From the sequence record NC_101842.1: 64,000 nucleotides of DNA, one strand, 5' to 3'. Source of the DNA: a phage. Made by a program: the position numbers and the translations under genes. The notes beneath the pieces were generated by a model. That model was given only the letters and a program-made list of their open reading frames with translations, did not search any database and was not told the DNA's origin. Shown one piece after another: positions 1 to 9,756 of the stretch (position 1 is its first letter; each line of letters begins with the position of its first letter).

Positions 1-2
1 TG

Positions 3-500
3 CACGATTTTGACAGCGGTATTATTTCTGACGCTATGGCCCGTGTTCTTCTACAAGGTGCTATTGGTCACACTGCAGCGGTAGAGATCTGGACTTACCA
101 CACCAAGAAACGTAATTTACCGGAAATCGGTCGGATTATGGCAGGTGGCTGCAAAGAATACGTAGGTCCTAAGCAGCCAGACATTTTGTGGATTCTTGGA
201 TCTGAAGGTTGTATCGCTATTCGCAATATGATGGAAAATGCAAGTATCTCAGACGAAGATCTTGTCAGCTGCGTGGCAAACTTCCTCGATTTCCTTTGGG
301 AAAACTTCAAGGACGAGAACCGAGATTTTGTATTCTCAGTCTTTATGGCGATGATGAAACCTAATGCCTTAGGAAATGCCTTGCTTATCGGTAAAGGGCG
401 TGACAAGATTGTTGCTCAGCTGATCAAAGCATACCCAAACCTGATGAAGATTGTAAAAGAGTTTGGTGAAGAGTTTAGCGCCATTTTGGCTAAAGCTTAA
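3..500 (+). CDS. hypothetical protein, 5'-partial (continues upstream of window)
   Basis: Frame is open from the window edge to the stop at 498-500; no RBS before the first ATG at 36. Confidence 0.4.
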   Translation, partial: HDFDSGIISDAMARVLLQGAIGHTAAVEIWTYHTKKRNLPEIGRIMAGGCKEYVGPKQPDILWILGSEGCIAIRNMMENASISDEDLVSCVANFLDFLWENFKDENRDFVFSVFMAMMKPNALGNALLIGKGRDKIVAQLIKAYPNLMKIVKEFGEEFSAILAKA

Positions 501-510
501 GGGGGGTTGT

Positions 511-891
511 ATGGCTAAAGTAGGTAAGCGGGGAAACTACCTGGTGGTATTGACCGAGGAGCCGGAGAAGGAGTATGAATGCAGCTCCACTTGCGTGATC
601 GATATCCGAGAAAAAGATGTAGATGAAGTCTGGTTTAAAATATTGGACGCTTGCGATAGCAGTGATTATTTCTTCATTTATGTCAACGATAAGGCTGGAT
701 TCTTCCATGACGACGGAGAGTTGCCGTATGAAATCTATGAACTTGTAGAGGCTTGCCATCGTGGAGATGCAGAGTTGTTTGGCCTACGGCTGAAAAGCGG
801 TAAATTCTTCTATCAAGATGAGTGCATGAATCTTCATAACTTTGTAGAGGGAACTTGCAACGATGGAGAGATTTTGGCACACTACGATTAA
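511..891 (+). CDS. hypothetical protein
   Basis: ATG at 511 preceded by GGGGGG RBS; followed by terminator hairpin; track ORF 463-891 trimmed to this start. Confidence 0.6.
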   Translation: MAKVGKRGNYLVVLTEEPEKEYECSSTCVIDIREKDVDEVWFKILDACDSSDYFFIYVNDKAGFFHDDGELPYEIYELVEACHRGDAELFGLRLKSGKFFYQDECMNLHNFVEGTCNDGEILAHYD

Positions 892-899
892 TTTCTAAG

Positions 900-930
900 A
901 CCTCCCCCGCTTCGGCGGGGATTTTCTATT
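900..930 (+). terminator. rho-independent terminator
   Basis: GC stem CCCCGC-TTCG-GCGGGG followed by ATTTTCTATTT. Confidence 0.6.
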
Positions 931-940
931 TGGAGTCATT

Positions 941-1441
941 GTGAAAATTAAGATCTTTGCTATTATTTTGAGCGCACTTTTATCGCTGCCTGTTGTTGCA
1001 GCACCAAAACAAAAAGTATATCATACTTGCAAGCCATCAGATACTAAGGAAAACATTCTGGCATGCAATATCTACAGGGAAGCTAGAGGAGATGGCACGA
1101 TGGGTATGCTGGCATCTGGGTTTGCCACACTAAACAGGAAATCCCACCCTAAATACCCAGACACTATAAGAAAGATTGTCTACCAACCTAACCAGTTTTC
1201 GTGGACAAACCACGGCAAAACTTTTAAGGTGACAGAAAAAGATTCATGGGATCACGCTAAAAGTCTTGCAAAGATGCTTCTAAAGGTCTATAATAACAAC
1301 CATGTTGCATACATGGCTATGGACATAACAGGTGGAGCAACACACTACCATACAACCAAAGTACGACCGAAATGGGCAAAAAAGATGCAGAGGACAGCTC
1401 AATTCGGGAGCCATATCTACTACAAGGAGCGCAATAAATGA
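941..1441 (+). CDS. secreted cell-wall hydrolase, SleB/CwlJ-like
   Basis: GTG start after GGAG; N-terminal signal peptide (MKIKIFAIILSALLSLPVVAA); motifs NIYREARGDG, ATLNR, VYQPNQFSW typical of the SleB/CwlJ hydrolase family. Confidence 0.65.
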   Translation: MKIKIFAIILSALLSLPVVAAPKQKVYHTCKPSDTKENILACNIYREARGDGTMGMLASGFATLNRKSHPKYPDTIRKIVYQPNQFSWTNHGKTFKVTEKDSWDHAKSLAKMLLKVYNNNHVAYMAMDITGGATHYHTTKVRPKWAKKMQRTAQFGSHIYYKERNK

Positions 1442-3420
1442 TTGTAAACAGTAATGAAACTAAAGCAGTGCTGACCGGAAATATGGAGGTCACCAGGGGC
1501 TCAATTTCTCTGAACAAAGAGACTTTTGGGCTAATCATTAAAGGGATTTACGAAGATAAGGTGCTGGCAAGCTGCCGTGAACCAATCTTCAATGCTGTGG
1601 ACTCCCATGTTGAGTCTGGACGGGGTGATGTACCGATCATCATTCACTCTCCTACAGACCTTGAACCATACTTCTTTGTGCAGGACGTTGGATTGGGCAT
1701 GTCAGAAGAGATGGTCCGCAACACTTTCATGAACCTCGGGGAGTCAACCAAGCGCAACAGCAACGCTCTGGTAGGTAATAAAGGTGTTGGTTCAAAGGCT
1801 CCGTTCAGCATGGTGGACACTTTCGATGTTATCAGTGTGCACAATGGTGTTGAAAGCACATATCTATTGTTCTTGGATCAGGGTATCCCAAACGTTACCA
1901 AGATCCGTGAGCGGAAGACTGAAGAGCACAACGGGGTAAAAGTTCAGTTCCATGTTAAGAAAGAGCATGTCCTGAAATATCGCACTGCTATTGCATCGTG
2001 CTTACGCTATGCGAAGTTTCCGTTCATCGTCACCGATCCTATGACCAGTAAGATGTTAGAAGGTGACAAGGTTGAGGCACAGTATCATTACGAGAAGGAT
2101 GGCTGGAAAATGACCATCCTGAAAGGTTATACCAGTTCTGATGAGAGCCGTGTTGTGATGGGTCACCAACCTTACCGCTCCAAGTTCCTGGAGACATTGA
2201 CCGATTACCCTGCAATCTGCGTGGAAATTCCTATTGGGGATTGCAATATTAACCCTGGGCGTGAATGGACCATAGAGGGCCATGACGACGGTGGATTCCA
2301 GGATCGCCTGGAGGCCTTTGTCAAAGAAGGTATACGTCTTCGCGGGGCAGAAGTTATTGCAGAACTGGAGACGGCAAAAACCTCCGCAGAAGCACGGGAA
2401 ATGATGAAGAATAGTGGAGTGTTCGGACACATCTTCGGCAAAAACTTTATGTGGAACCGTTGGGAAGAAACAGGGCTTGGCGACTTAGGCGATTGTGAAA
2501 TTTTCGCTGGCGGCTTAAATAAAGGCCGCATAGGCTATGCTCGTTACGGAAAGTCGGAGTTCTTACGAGGTGTATACCTTGTATTTAACGACGGAGATGG
2601 TAAATATAACCGAAATAAGTGTAACTACTTAAGCGAAATCACCGGACGCAACGTTTTCTATTGCCGGAACACGGATCTGGTGAAAGAGTTTAAAGAGGCG
2701 GCACACCATCCGTTCTTTGCAGATACTGTCAAATTGTTATCAGAGCTCCCTCGCCGACCTGCGAAGAAAGGTGAAACAAAAACTCATTACGAGCCAGGTT
2801 ATTGGGTTAAAAAGCTTGAGAAGGATGGTTACTTCCGTCGTGAACGTATTACTAAGGCAGAGTTCAAGAAGATTAAGCACTGCATTCCTTATGAGGGTGA
2901 TATCCAACGTGGAAGTTGTTGGCTGGGACAGCTGAGTAACATCTACCAGCAAAATTATGACCGTGTGCGTGCTGCACTCCAGATTCCTGAAGGTGAAGAT
3001 CTGTACTTGGTATCAGAATCTCGTCTGCTTTGGACTGATCCTGATTGCCAGTATGTTACAGAGAAGAATGTGGAACATCTGTTGAAAGAGGATGCTTGGA
3101 AATTCTTACTGACTCGCGCAGCAAATGAAACTTCATATGACAGCTTGTATAGACAATTAGGGAAAATTATCCCCATGCAGGATTTTGGAAATTATCGGCC
3201 ACATTTCCACAAGTGGGAAGGTAACACCGCGTGGAAGCACAGTGAGCTAAATCATCGTGCCAAAATCTTAATCGCCAACCGGGTTAAGTGCGGGAAGGCC
3301 TATATTGCAAGATTGGAAAAGAAATATCCACTTTTGAAGCATGTGGGCTTGAAATATTGGGACACCCCTGCTATGATTGAATACCGTGAGCTGATCGATA
3401 CAAAGAATAACATCAAATAA
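1438..3420 (+). CDS. rIIA: rIIA-like protein with GHKL-type ATPase domain
   Basis: Bergerat-fold motifs: N-box EPIFNAVDSH, G1 QDVGLGMS, G2 GNKGVGSKAPF; these match my recollection of T4 rIIA; AAGGAG RBS; ATGA overlap with upstream gene. Confidence 0.7.
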   Translation: MIVNSNETKAVLTGNMEVTRGSISLNKETFGLIIKGIYEDKVLASCREPIFNAVDSHVESGRGDVPIIIHSPTDLEPYFFVQDVGLGMSEEMVRNTFMNLGESTKRNSNALVGNKGVGSKAPFSMVDTFDVISVHNGVESTYLLFLDQGIPNVTKIRERKTEEHNGVKVQFHVKKEHVLKYRTAIASCLRYAKFPFIVTDPMTSKMLEGDKVEAQYHYEKDGWKMTILKGYTSSDESRVVMGHQPYRSKFLETLTDYPAICVEIPIGDCNINPGREWTIEGHDDGGFQDRLEAFVKEGIRLRGAEVIAELETAKTSAEAREMMKNSGVFGHIFGKNFMWNRWEETGLGDLGDCEIFAGGLNKGRIGYARYGKSEFLRGVYLVFNDGDGKYNRNKCNYLSEITGRNVFYCRNTDLVKEFKEAAHHPFFADTVKLLSELPRRPAKKGETKTHYEPGYWVKKLEKDGYFRRERITKAEFKKIKHCIPYEGDIQRGSCWLGQLSNIYQQNYDRVRAALQIPEGEDLYLVSESRLLWTDPDCQYVTEKNVEHLLKEDAWKFLLTRAANETSYDSLYRQLGKIIPMQDFGNYRPHFHKWEGNTAWKHSELNHRAKILIANRVKCGKAYIARLEKKYPLLKHVGLKYWDTPAMIEYRELIDTKNNIK

Positions 3421-3430
3421 GGAGACCAAG

Positions 3431-4636
3431 ATGATTTTCATCTACGAACATTTCAAAACCCGTAAAGAAGCACGAGACCGCCGTGCAGAACTTGAGAAGA
3501 AGGGTTTCACATGTGCCATTGAGAAAGGCGACACAACCTGGACACTGGCAGTTGGTGCCCCAGAGTTGTTCGATCCTGACCGTGACAGCGTCTGCTACAC
3601 CCGTGAGGATTTTGAAACCCGCGAAGAGGCCCGTTTATTTCGATACGGTCTGGAAGATAACGGTAAGTACGCTATGATCTTAGATTTAGGCGAAGGTTCC
3701 GTTAAACGTTGGGGCGTGGTATACCCACTGTGTGTTGTTCACGGTGTGGGGTTCACTGGGGTGGCAATCAAGTCAGAAGAACCTTTAGTAGAAGTCAAAG
3801 ATCCGGTGCTGGAGGTGGTGAGCAGTGTGTCTCAGCAACAGACTCGAAACATCGAGCCTTTGGTAGTTATTTGTGGGGAACTCCTCCAGATCACCTGCAA
3901 CGAAGGCATTTTTGAAATTCGCCGCAGCGAAAGTGAGGAAGTTTACCAGAAAGTCTTCGACCATATCTCTGTTCAGGAATATGACGAGGCAATTGGTGAA
4001 ATCCTTGTCTGGTTGGAACGCAAGAATGAGTTCACTACACTTGCAGACAACCTGATTATGAAAGATGGTAAGCTCTATTACTACGGTGTAGAGATGCAAT
4101 CTACCATTGCAAAGAAAATTGAGGAAGATTATATAGATGGAACACTGGACGACCGATATGTTAAATTCCTTGTCCGTCTGCTACGCAACCCGTCTGCAAA
4201 ATCTGTGAACATGCTCTACGATTTCATGCAGGCTAATGACATCCAGGTTGCAGAAGATGGTCGAATCATTTGCTATAAGGGGGTTCAGTTTAACGGAAGC
4301 AAGTGGGTGGATTGGCACAGCGGTAAAGTTCCACAATACCAGGGTGCTTTTGTATCCATGCCTCGTAACTTTGTAGAAGATGATCCGGAAGCTGCGTGTT
4401 CTTATGGCCTGCACTGCGCCAGCAAAGAGTATGCAGCGGGCTATGGCACCGTAATGATGGTTATGGTTGACCCTGCGGATGTGGTTAGTGTGCCATACCA
4501 ACACAACAGTGCTAAGTGCCGTGCATGCCGCTACGAAATCGTAGCAGCACCGGAATCACGCAAAGATGGCGATCCGATTGAATACGTGGTTGACCGTGAT
4601 GGTAACACTATCGACATTCTTTACGAGGAGGCGTAA
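3431..4636 (+). CDS. rIIB: rIIB-like protein (putative)
   Basis: Immediately downstream of the rIIA-like gene; C-terminal blocks (DFMQANDIQVAEDG, SMPRNFVEDDPEAACSYGLHCASKEY, VDPADVVSVP) resemble rIIB as I recall it; AAGGAG RBS. Confidence 0.5.
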   Translation: MIFIYEHFKTRKEARDRRAELEKKGFTCAIEKGDTTWTLAVGAPELFDPDRDSVCYTREDFETREEARLFRYGLEDNGKYAMILDLGEGSVKRWGVVYPLCVVHGVGFTGVAIKSEEPLVEVKDPVLEVVSSVSQQQTRNIEPLVVICGELLQITCNEGIFEIRRSESEEVYQKVFDHISVQEYDEAIGEILVWLERKNEFTTLADNLIMKDGKLYYYGVEMQSTIAKKIEEDYIDGTLDDRYVKFLVRLLRNPSAKSVNMLYDFMQANDIQVAEDGRIICYKGVQFNGSKWVDWHSGKVPQYQGAFVSMPRNFVEDDPEAACSYGLHCASKEYAAGYGTVMMVMVDPADVVSVPYQHNSAKCRACRYEIVAAPESRKDGDPIEYVVDRDGNTIDILYEEA

Positions 4637-6006
4637 TGGAAAAAGGGCAGTATGATGTAGGCACAGATGCTGCCCTCGTTGCAATCATGAGCGGTGAGAA
4701 TGTCTTCGTTTCAGGACCCGCAGGTTGTGGGAAGACGTACCTCATCAACATGATCCAGTCAATGTATGGAGACTCTTGCATAACGGTTGCCCCGACAGGG
4801 GTAGCCGCTTTAAACGTTAATGGAGCAACAGCACACCGAACCTTCGATCTTGCAGCAGGTGTGAGCATGGAGTCAGACTGGACCGCAATAAGGGCAAAAA
4901 CAGCAAAGCCTTTGAAGAGCAAGGCATTTACCATCCTAATTATCGATGAAATCTCTATGATCCGTGCTGATAAGTTTATAGAGATGGATAGGAAACTCCG
5001 CTTCCTTCGAAAAAATGACAAACCTTTCGGAGGCATACAGGTCATATTGTTTGGCGATTTTTACCAGGCACCTCCTGTTGTCTCTTCTATGGAGAAGGAA
5101 GCCTACTTCAACTTCTACCATACGGACTTGTGTTGCTATACCGAATCTTGGAAAGAGCTTGACCTCCACAACATAGCCCTAATAGATCAGTTCCGACAGG
5201 AGTCTATTCGATTTGCTACAATGCTCAACTGTGTTCGTGAGGGTCGTCGTATAAAAGAGGTTGTAGCAGAACTTAATGCTCGCTGTTACAAAGGAGGTGT
5301 ACCAACAGACGCTCTCACAATTTGCGCCACCAACAAACAAGCAGAGGAAGTGAACAGAAGGTTCTATGATGCCATCAACGCCCCAGAGAAGGTATACACT
5401 GGTGAAATGAAGGGTAAGTTTCCCTCCACCTTGCCAGTTGAGCAGGAGATGAAGTTGAAAATTGGCATGAAAGTTATGATAACCGCCAACGATGTTGACC
5501 CGACGCACAAAGTACCTTATTATGTTAACGGAACACGTGCCACAATTGTTAAATTTAAGAACAAGGCGGTGGTGGTGGAGCTTGAAGATGGAACACAGGT
5601 TGACATAGAACAAAGGTTGTGGGAGAATAACGAGTATAAGCCATCTCAAAGATACAACATTGCAGAAAGGAAGATGGAGAAGTTTATAGAGAGGGTAGTG
5701 ATTGGATCATACAAGCAACTCCCTCTGAAATCTGGGTACGCCGTAACATCTCATAAAAGTCAAGGACTTACGCTAGATTGTTACAACCTGGACCTTGGAA
5801 AGAACGGAGCTTTCTCTCCTGGGATGACGTATGTTGCTTTGAGTCGAGTTAAGACAATACAAGGAATAAACTTGTTGCGTCCACTAAGAGAAGTTGACAT
5901 TATTGTTGACCCGCGAGTAGTAGAGTTTTACAATACAACCTTTCCTGACTTAGACAAAATTGTCAGGAAAGATTTTGAAACCAGAGCAGAAGAGGGGGAC
6001 GTATGA
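4636..6006 (+). CDS. SF1B DNA helicase, Dda/RecD/Pif1-like
   Basis: Walker A GPAGCGKT; motifs IIDEISM, VTSHKSQGLT, TYVALSRV; start overlaps upstream stop (TAATG); GAGGAGG RBS. Confidence 0.85.
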   Translation: MEKGQYDVGTDAALVAIMSGENVFVSGPAGCGKTYLINMIQSMYGDSCITVAPTGVAALNVNGATAHRTFDLAAGVSMESDWTAIRAKTAKPLKSKAFTILIIDEISMIRADKFIEMDRKLRFLRKNDKPFGGIQVILFGDFYQAPPVVSSMEKEAYFNFYHTDLCCYTESWKELDLHNIALIDQFRQESIRFATMLNCVREGRRIKEVVAELNARCYKGGVPTDALTICATNKQAEEVNRRFYDAINAPEKVYTGEMKGKFPSTLPVEQEMKLKIGMKVMITANDVDPTHKVPYYVNGTRATIVKFKNKAVVVELEDGTQVDIEQRLWENNEYKPSQRYNIAERKMEKFIERVVIGSYKQLPLKSGYAVTSHKSQGLTLDCYNLDLGKNGAFSPGMTYVALSRVKTIQGINLLRPLREVDIIVDPRVVEFYNTTFPDLDKIVRKDFETRAEEGDV

Positions 6007-6344
6007 GTTTGTGGAGAAATATAGTTAACTACGTGTGTGGCAATCCAACTCCTGAAGAGAAGGATGTTGTGATTCACGATTTTACTAAAAGATCTCGTGA
6101 AAAAGATCTACTGCTGACAAAGGTGACTGATAAAGATCCTGCAGTAGGGGACTGGGCAGGTTTTGCGTTTACATCGGACAAATACACCTTTAACAAAGGT
6201 GACTATCTTGTTGTGGATTTTAACGAAGACATCGAGGGTGCTGAACCTTACTATCAGACCCTTATTGTTGCAGGGTGTGTCGATCTCTCTGCAGGCATGC
6301 ACAGTTTGATTCTTTTTGAGCTTGACTGTGAAGACCTTCAGTAG
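6003..6344 (+). CDS. hypothetical protein
   Basis: ATGA overlap with helicase stop; GGGGGA RBS; no recognisable domain. Confidence 0.6.
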   Translation: MSLWRNIVNYVCGNPTPEEKDVVIHDFTKRSREKDLLLTKVTDKDPAVGDWAGFAFTSDKYTFNKGDYLVVDFNEDIEGAEPYYQTLIVAGCVDLSAGMHSLILFELDCEDLQ

Positions 6345-6405
6345 TAAGATGTGAGTCTAAAGGGGAGGCACTCCTCCCCACAAAAACTAAGGAGAGCACC
6401 AAACT

Positions 6406-7731
6406 ATGAGCAAAACCAAATTAGAACTCACCTGGATAGGTAAAAACGAGCGCAAAAAGCTAGAGCCGCACACTTTGTTAGAAGATTCGAGCAAGTCTTA
6501 CCACAGCCAGAAAGTGACCGAAAACGATATTTTTGATAATAAGCTGATTTTTGGAGATAACTTATTAGCATTGAAGGCGCTAGAGCAAGAGTATGCAGGC
6601 AAAGTGAAGTGTGTTTACATAGACCCACCATTCAATACCGGAAGGGCTTTTGAGCACTACGATGATAGTCTGGAGCATTCCATTTGGCTGGGCTTAATGA
6701 GGGATAGGTTAGAAATAATTCGTAATCTTCTGAGTGATGATGGGGTAATATTCGTTCACTTAGATGGTTGCGAAATGGCGTATTTAAAAGTTTTGATGGA
6801 CGAGATTTTTGGTCGTGCAAATCAGTTAAATACCATATCGATGACCACAAATTCCCCTTCGGGATTTAAGGCAACAGGAGCCACAGTTTTCTCCACAGCA
6901 AACTTTTTGCTTGTATATGCAAAAGATCGCAACCAGAAACCGCTTAACAAAATCTATATAACTAAAGGGTATGATACAGGATATAACAAATACCTATTAA
7001 ACCCGGATGACCATTATAAAAATTGGACGTGGTGCGGTATTGCCGATGCGTTTGCAAAGGCCAATGGCTATAAAGATGCAAAAGAAGCTAAGAAAAAACT
7101 GCCTGACACATTCGATGATGAATTAGCACAATTCGCAATTGATAATGCAGAACGTGTATTTCAATCTGTTGCAATTGGTGGTGGCGCTAAAATAAAGAGA
7201 AAAGAAACTATCGAGAAGTCAAAGAAAGATAGGGATAAGGTTTATGTACATCCGAATGAGGATGTTGAAGGATTTTATATCGCAAATGGTAGGCAAATGG
7301 TCTTTTACTCCAACAGGCTTTTGGAAATTGACGGTGAGATGCAACCTGCGGAACTAATAACTGATGTTTGGACAGACATTAGTTGGAATGGAATAGCAAA
7401 TGAAGGCGGCGTTAGTTTCAAAAATGGAAAAAAACCAGAAGCGCTTTTGAAGCGGATTCTCGAAATGTGTACGCGAGAAGGTGATTTGGTATTGGATTCA
7501 TTCGGCGGTTCGGGAACTACTGCTGCTGTAGCCCACAAGATGAAAAGACGTTGGATCTTGATCGAACTGGGTGATCATTGTCATACCCATATTATCCCTC
7601 GCTTGCAAAAAGTGATTGATGGTGAAGATCAAGGTGGTATTTCTAAGTCTGCAAGCTGGCAAGGTGGCGGTGGCTTCCGCTATTACAAACTTACCCAGAC
7701 CTTAATTACGAAAGATAATTCTGATCAATAA
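6406..7731 (+). CDS. DNA methyltransferase, N6-adenine/N4-cytosine family (DPPF motif), orphan
   Basis: Catalytic motif IV VYIDPPFNTG and AdoMet motif DSFGGSGTT; AAGGAG RBS; no restriction endonuclease partner seen. Confidence 0.8.
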   Translation: MSKTKLELTWIGKNERKKLEPHTLLEDSSKSYHSQKVTENDIFDNKLIFGDNLLALKALEQEYAGKVKCVYIDPPFNTGRAFEHYDDSLEHSIWLGLMRDRLEIIRNLLSDDGVIFVHLDGCEMAYLKVLMDEIFGRANQLNTISMTTNSPSGFKATGATVFSTANFLLVYAKDRNQKPLNKIYITKGYDTGYNKYLLNPDDHYKNWTWCGIADAFAKANGYKDAKEAKKKLPDTFDDELAQFAIDNAERVFQSVAIGGGAKIKRKETIEKSKKDRDKVYVHPNEDVEGFYIANGRQMVFYSNRLLEIDGEMQPAELITDVWTDISWNGIANEGGVSFKNGKKPEALLKRILEMCTREGDLVLDSFGGSGTTAAVAHKMKRRWILIELGDHCHTHIIPRLQKVIDGEDQGGISKSASWQGGGGFRYYKLTQTLITKDNSDQ

Positions 7732-7744
7732 AGAGTACAATCAA

Positions 7745-8050
7745 ATGATGAAACGTTATAAACCATACACTTTTGAAATCGATTTCGAACTTGACGATAT
7801 GTTTACTGTGGAAGCTCAGGCAGTTGTTCAGTTGCCAGATCCGGAGTGCCGGGATTCTGATGTTGACTGTTACGGATTTAGACAAATCACCGATGTGCAT
7901 GTTTACCACAACGGTGAAGAGGTGGACTTCCACCAACTGCCAAACGATATGCGCCACTCAATTTACAAACGTGCAGCCCGTGAACTAGAGTCCTATCTGG
8001 ATGCAGCGACGACAGCAGCTGCATTTGCTGAAGAAGTGGGAGGTTTCTGA
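7745..8050 (+). CDS. hypothetical protein
   Basis: ORF in compact same-strand array; weak RBS. Confidence 0.5.
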   Translation: MMKRYKPYTFEIDFELDDMFTVEAQAVVQLPDPECRDSDVDCYGFRQITDVHVYHNGEEVDFHQLPNDMRHSIYKRAARELESYLDAATTAAAFAEEVGGF

Positions 8051-8445
8051 TGATTACAGGTGTGAAGATTATCCAATACCACTTAACCAAATTGGAAGAT
8101 GCTGAAAAAGAGCTTGCAGAAGTTCTGAATAGTGGATATACTTTGCTATCATGCGCCTGCTCAGACACATACGCTGTGTGGACACTTATCCGGAAGGAAG
8201 AGCCTGCGGGGATCTTGGTGCCAAACCCTAAGATCATTAGTGAGATGGATGACTACGCTCAGGACGGCCTGCCAGAAGGCTGGGAAGTATGGGAAGGTGG
8301 TGAAAACCCTGCACCAGGTAAGTGGGTAAAATACAAACTGCGTAGTGGCGCACAGTACGCTGACTATTCTGATGACCTGGACTGGAGTCATTCTTCACCA
8401 GAATCATCTGCAAGTTCCTATGATATCATAGCTTTTAAGGAATAA
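8050..8445 (+). CDS. hypothetical protein
   Basis: GGAGG RBS; start overlaps upstream stop. Confidence 0.6.
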   Translation: MITGVKIIQYHLTKLEDAEKELAEVLNSGYTLLSCACSDTYAVWTLIRKEEPAGILVPNPKIISEMDDYAQDGLPEGWEVWEGGENPAPGKWVKYKLRSGAQYADYSDDLDWSHSSPESSASSYDIIAFKE

Positions 8446-8457
8446 GGAGAAGGTGGT

Positions 8458-8940
8458 ATGTCAGATTTTATGTGGAAAGTTGGTTATTCCTCTCCTGAAA
8501 TGTGTAAGGCCTGTTTTGTGAAAATAGGTCGCGAGGATATCGACAAAGTGATTCTTAAGTTTCGTGATGTGGCTGTAATCGGCAACCGAGTGCTTAAGCA
8601 CTTAAAGAATCTGAAGCTCACCAAAAAGAAGTTCTTTGGACTTTTCGAAGAGAAGGTTGATGCTTGGACCCATTGCATTCAGGAAGCTAAATCTCACTAC
8701 AGTGCTATCATTACCCCAGAACGGGTAGCCAAGATGGAAGGATTCATCAACAGCACAGAGTTTGAGTGCCTGAAAGCTGCACTTGATAGTTATCCGAAAT
8801 GCCTCAAGCACTTGGACAAGTATGTAGAAAAGGATGGGGAAATGTATCTAACCCTGGACGCATATTATGAGATGCAAGAAATTTTAAATTTAGATTTGAC
8901 ATTGGTATCCACCGAGTATACAATAGGTATCCGGGTTTAA
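8458..8940 (+). CDS. hypothetical protein
   Basis: AAGGAGAAGG RBS; followed by terminator. Confidence 0.6.
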   Translation: MSDFMWKVGYSSPEMCKACFVKIGREDIDKVILKFRDVAVIGNRVLKHLKNLKLTKKKFFGLFEEKVDAWTHCIQEAKSHYSAIITPERVAKMEGFINSTEFECLKAALDSYPKCLKHLDKYVEKDGEMYLTLDAYYEMQEILNLDLTLVSTEYTIGIRV

Positions 8941-8945
8941 CACTA

Positions 8946-8974
8946 GGCCCTGCCCGAAAGGGTGGGGCTTTTTG
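8946..8974 (+). terminator. rho-independent terminator (repeated element, copy 1)
   Basis: Stem CCCTGCCC-GAAA-GGGTGGGG (with G-U pairs) then CTTTTTG; same 20-nt hairpin recurs at ~19083. Confidence 0.6.
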
Positions 8975-8991
8975 CATTAGGAGACAGCAAA

Positions 8992-9756
8992 TTGAAATTC
9001 ATCTACAAAGAACACTACCACAAAGGTGTTGTGTGGAGTCTATTTGACGGGTCTGGTGGTGCAGTTATTGACTGGGCAAAAGCTGGGTACCTGTGCCTGT
9101 GCTTTAATGCAGAAGGTGCTGACCACGGCAGTTATGCAGAGGTGATAACCGATCATCCTAACATTCACTATGTGGATTATTGGATTGACCCATGGTTCCC
9201 TCAGGAAACTTTTTGCATGTATCCAGCTCCAGACTTTATTCTTGCATTTCCTCCGTGCACGCATTTAGCGGTATCAGGTGCTGCACATTTTAAGAAAAAG
9301 CTGGCTAAGGATCCTTTGATCCAAATTAATGCTGTAAAGGATGCTCGGGTTGCGGAAGAGCTGGGAGAGATTTACGATTGCCCGTGGCATGTAGAGAATC
9401 CTGTTGGTGTTATGTCCACACTGTGGCGCAAACCTGATTACCGTTTTCATCCTTCTGACTATGGCGGGTATTTACCGGAGGATGATGTAAACCCCTGGTT
9501 TCCTGAATTTATAGCTCCACGTGATGCCTATCCAAAAATAACTTGCGGCTGGATAGGTAATGGATTTATAATCCCGGCCACAAAACCTGTCCCGCAAATA
9601 GTTGACGCGGTTAGCGGGTATTCCATGCAACACGCCAAGCTGGGTGGGAAGAGTGCAAGAACGAAGATGATCCGAAGCCTCACACCACGTGGCTGGGCAA
9701 AAGCTGTATTCTTAGCAAACGAGCCTGTAGTAAGGAGCAGAATTAATGGGAAGTAA
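8992..9756 (+). CDS. putative DNA (cytosine-5) methyltransferase-like protein
   Basis: C5-MTase-like motifs: I SLFDGSGG, IV FPPCTHLAVSG (Pro-Cys), VI HVENPVG; probable TTG start at ~8992 after AGGAGA; assignment tentative. Confidence 0.5.
   Translation: MKFIYKEHYHKGVVWSLFDGSGGAVIDWAKAGYLCLCFNAEGADHGSYAEVITDHPNIHYVDYWIDPWFPQETFCMYPAPDFILAFPPCTHLAVSGAAHFKKKLAKDPLIQINAVKDARVAEELGEIYDCPWHVENPVGVMSTLWRKPDYRFHPSDYGGYLPEDDVNPWFPEFIAPRDAYPKITCGWIGNGFIIPATKPVPQIVDAVSGYSMQHAKLGGKSARTKMIRSLTPRGWAKAVFLANEPVVRSRINGK

Noticed and set aside
95-406. Antisense track ORFs embedded in confidently assigned genes (for example 95-406 -, 5179-5649 -, 2056-2430 -, 23811-24344 -, 53625-53900 -)
   Set aside because: They lie opposite well-supported coding frames, lack RBSs and have biased composition typical of antisense artefacts.
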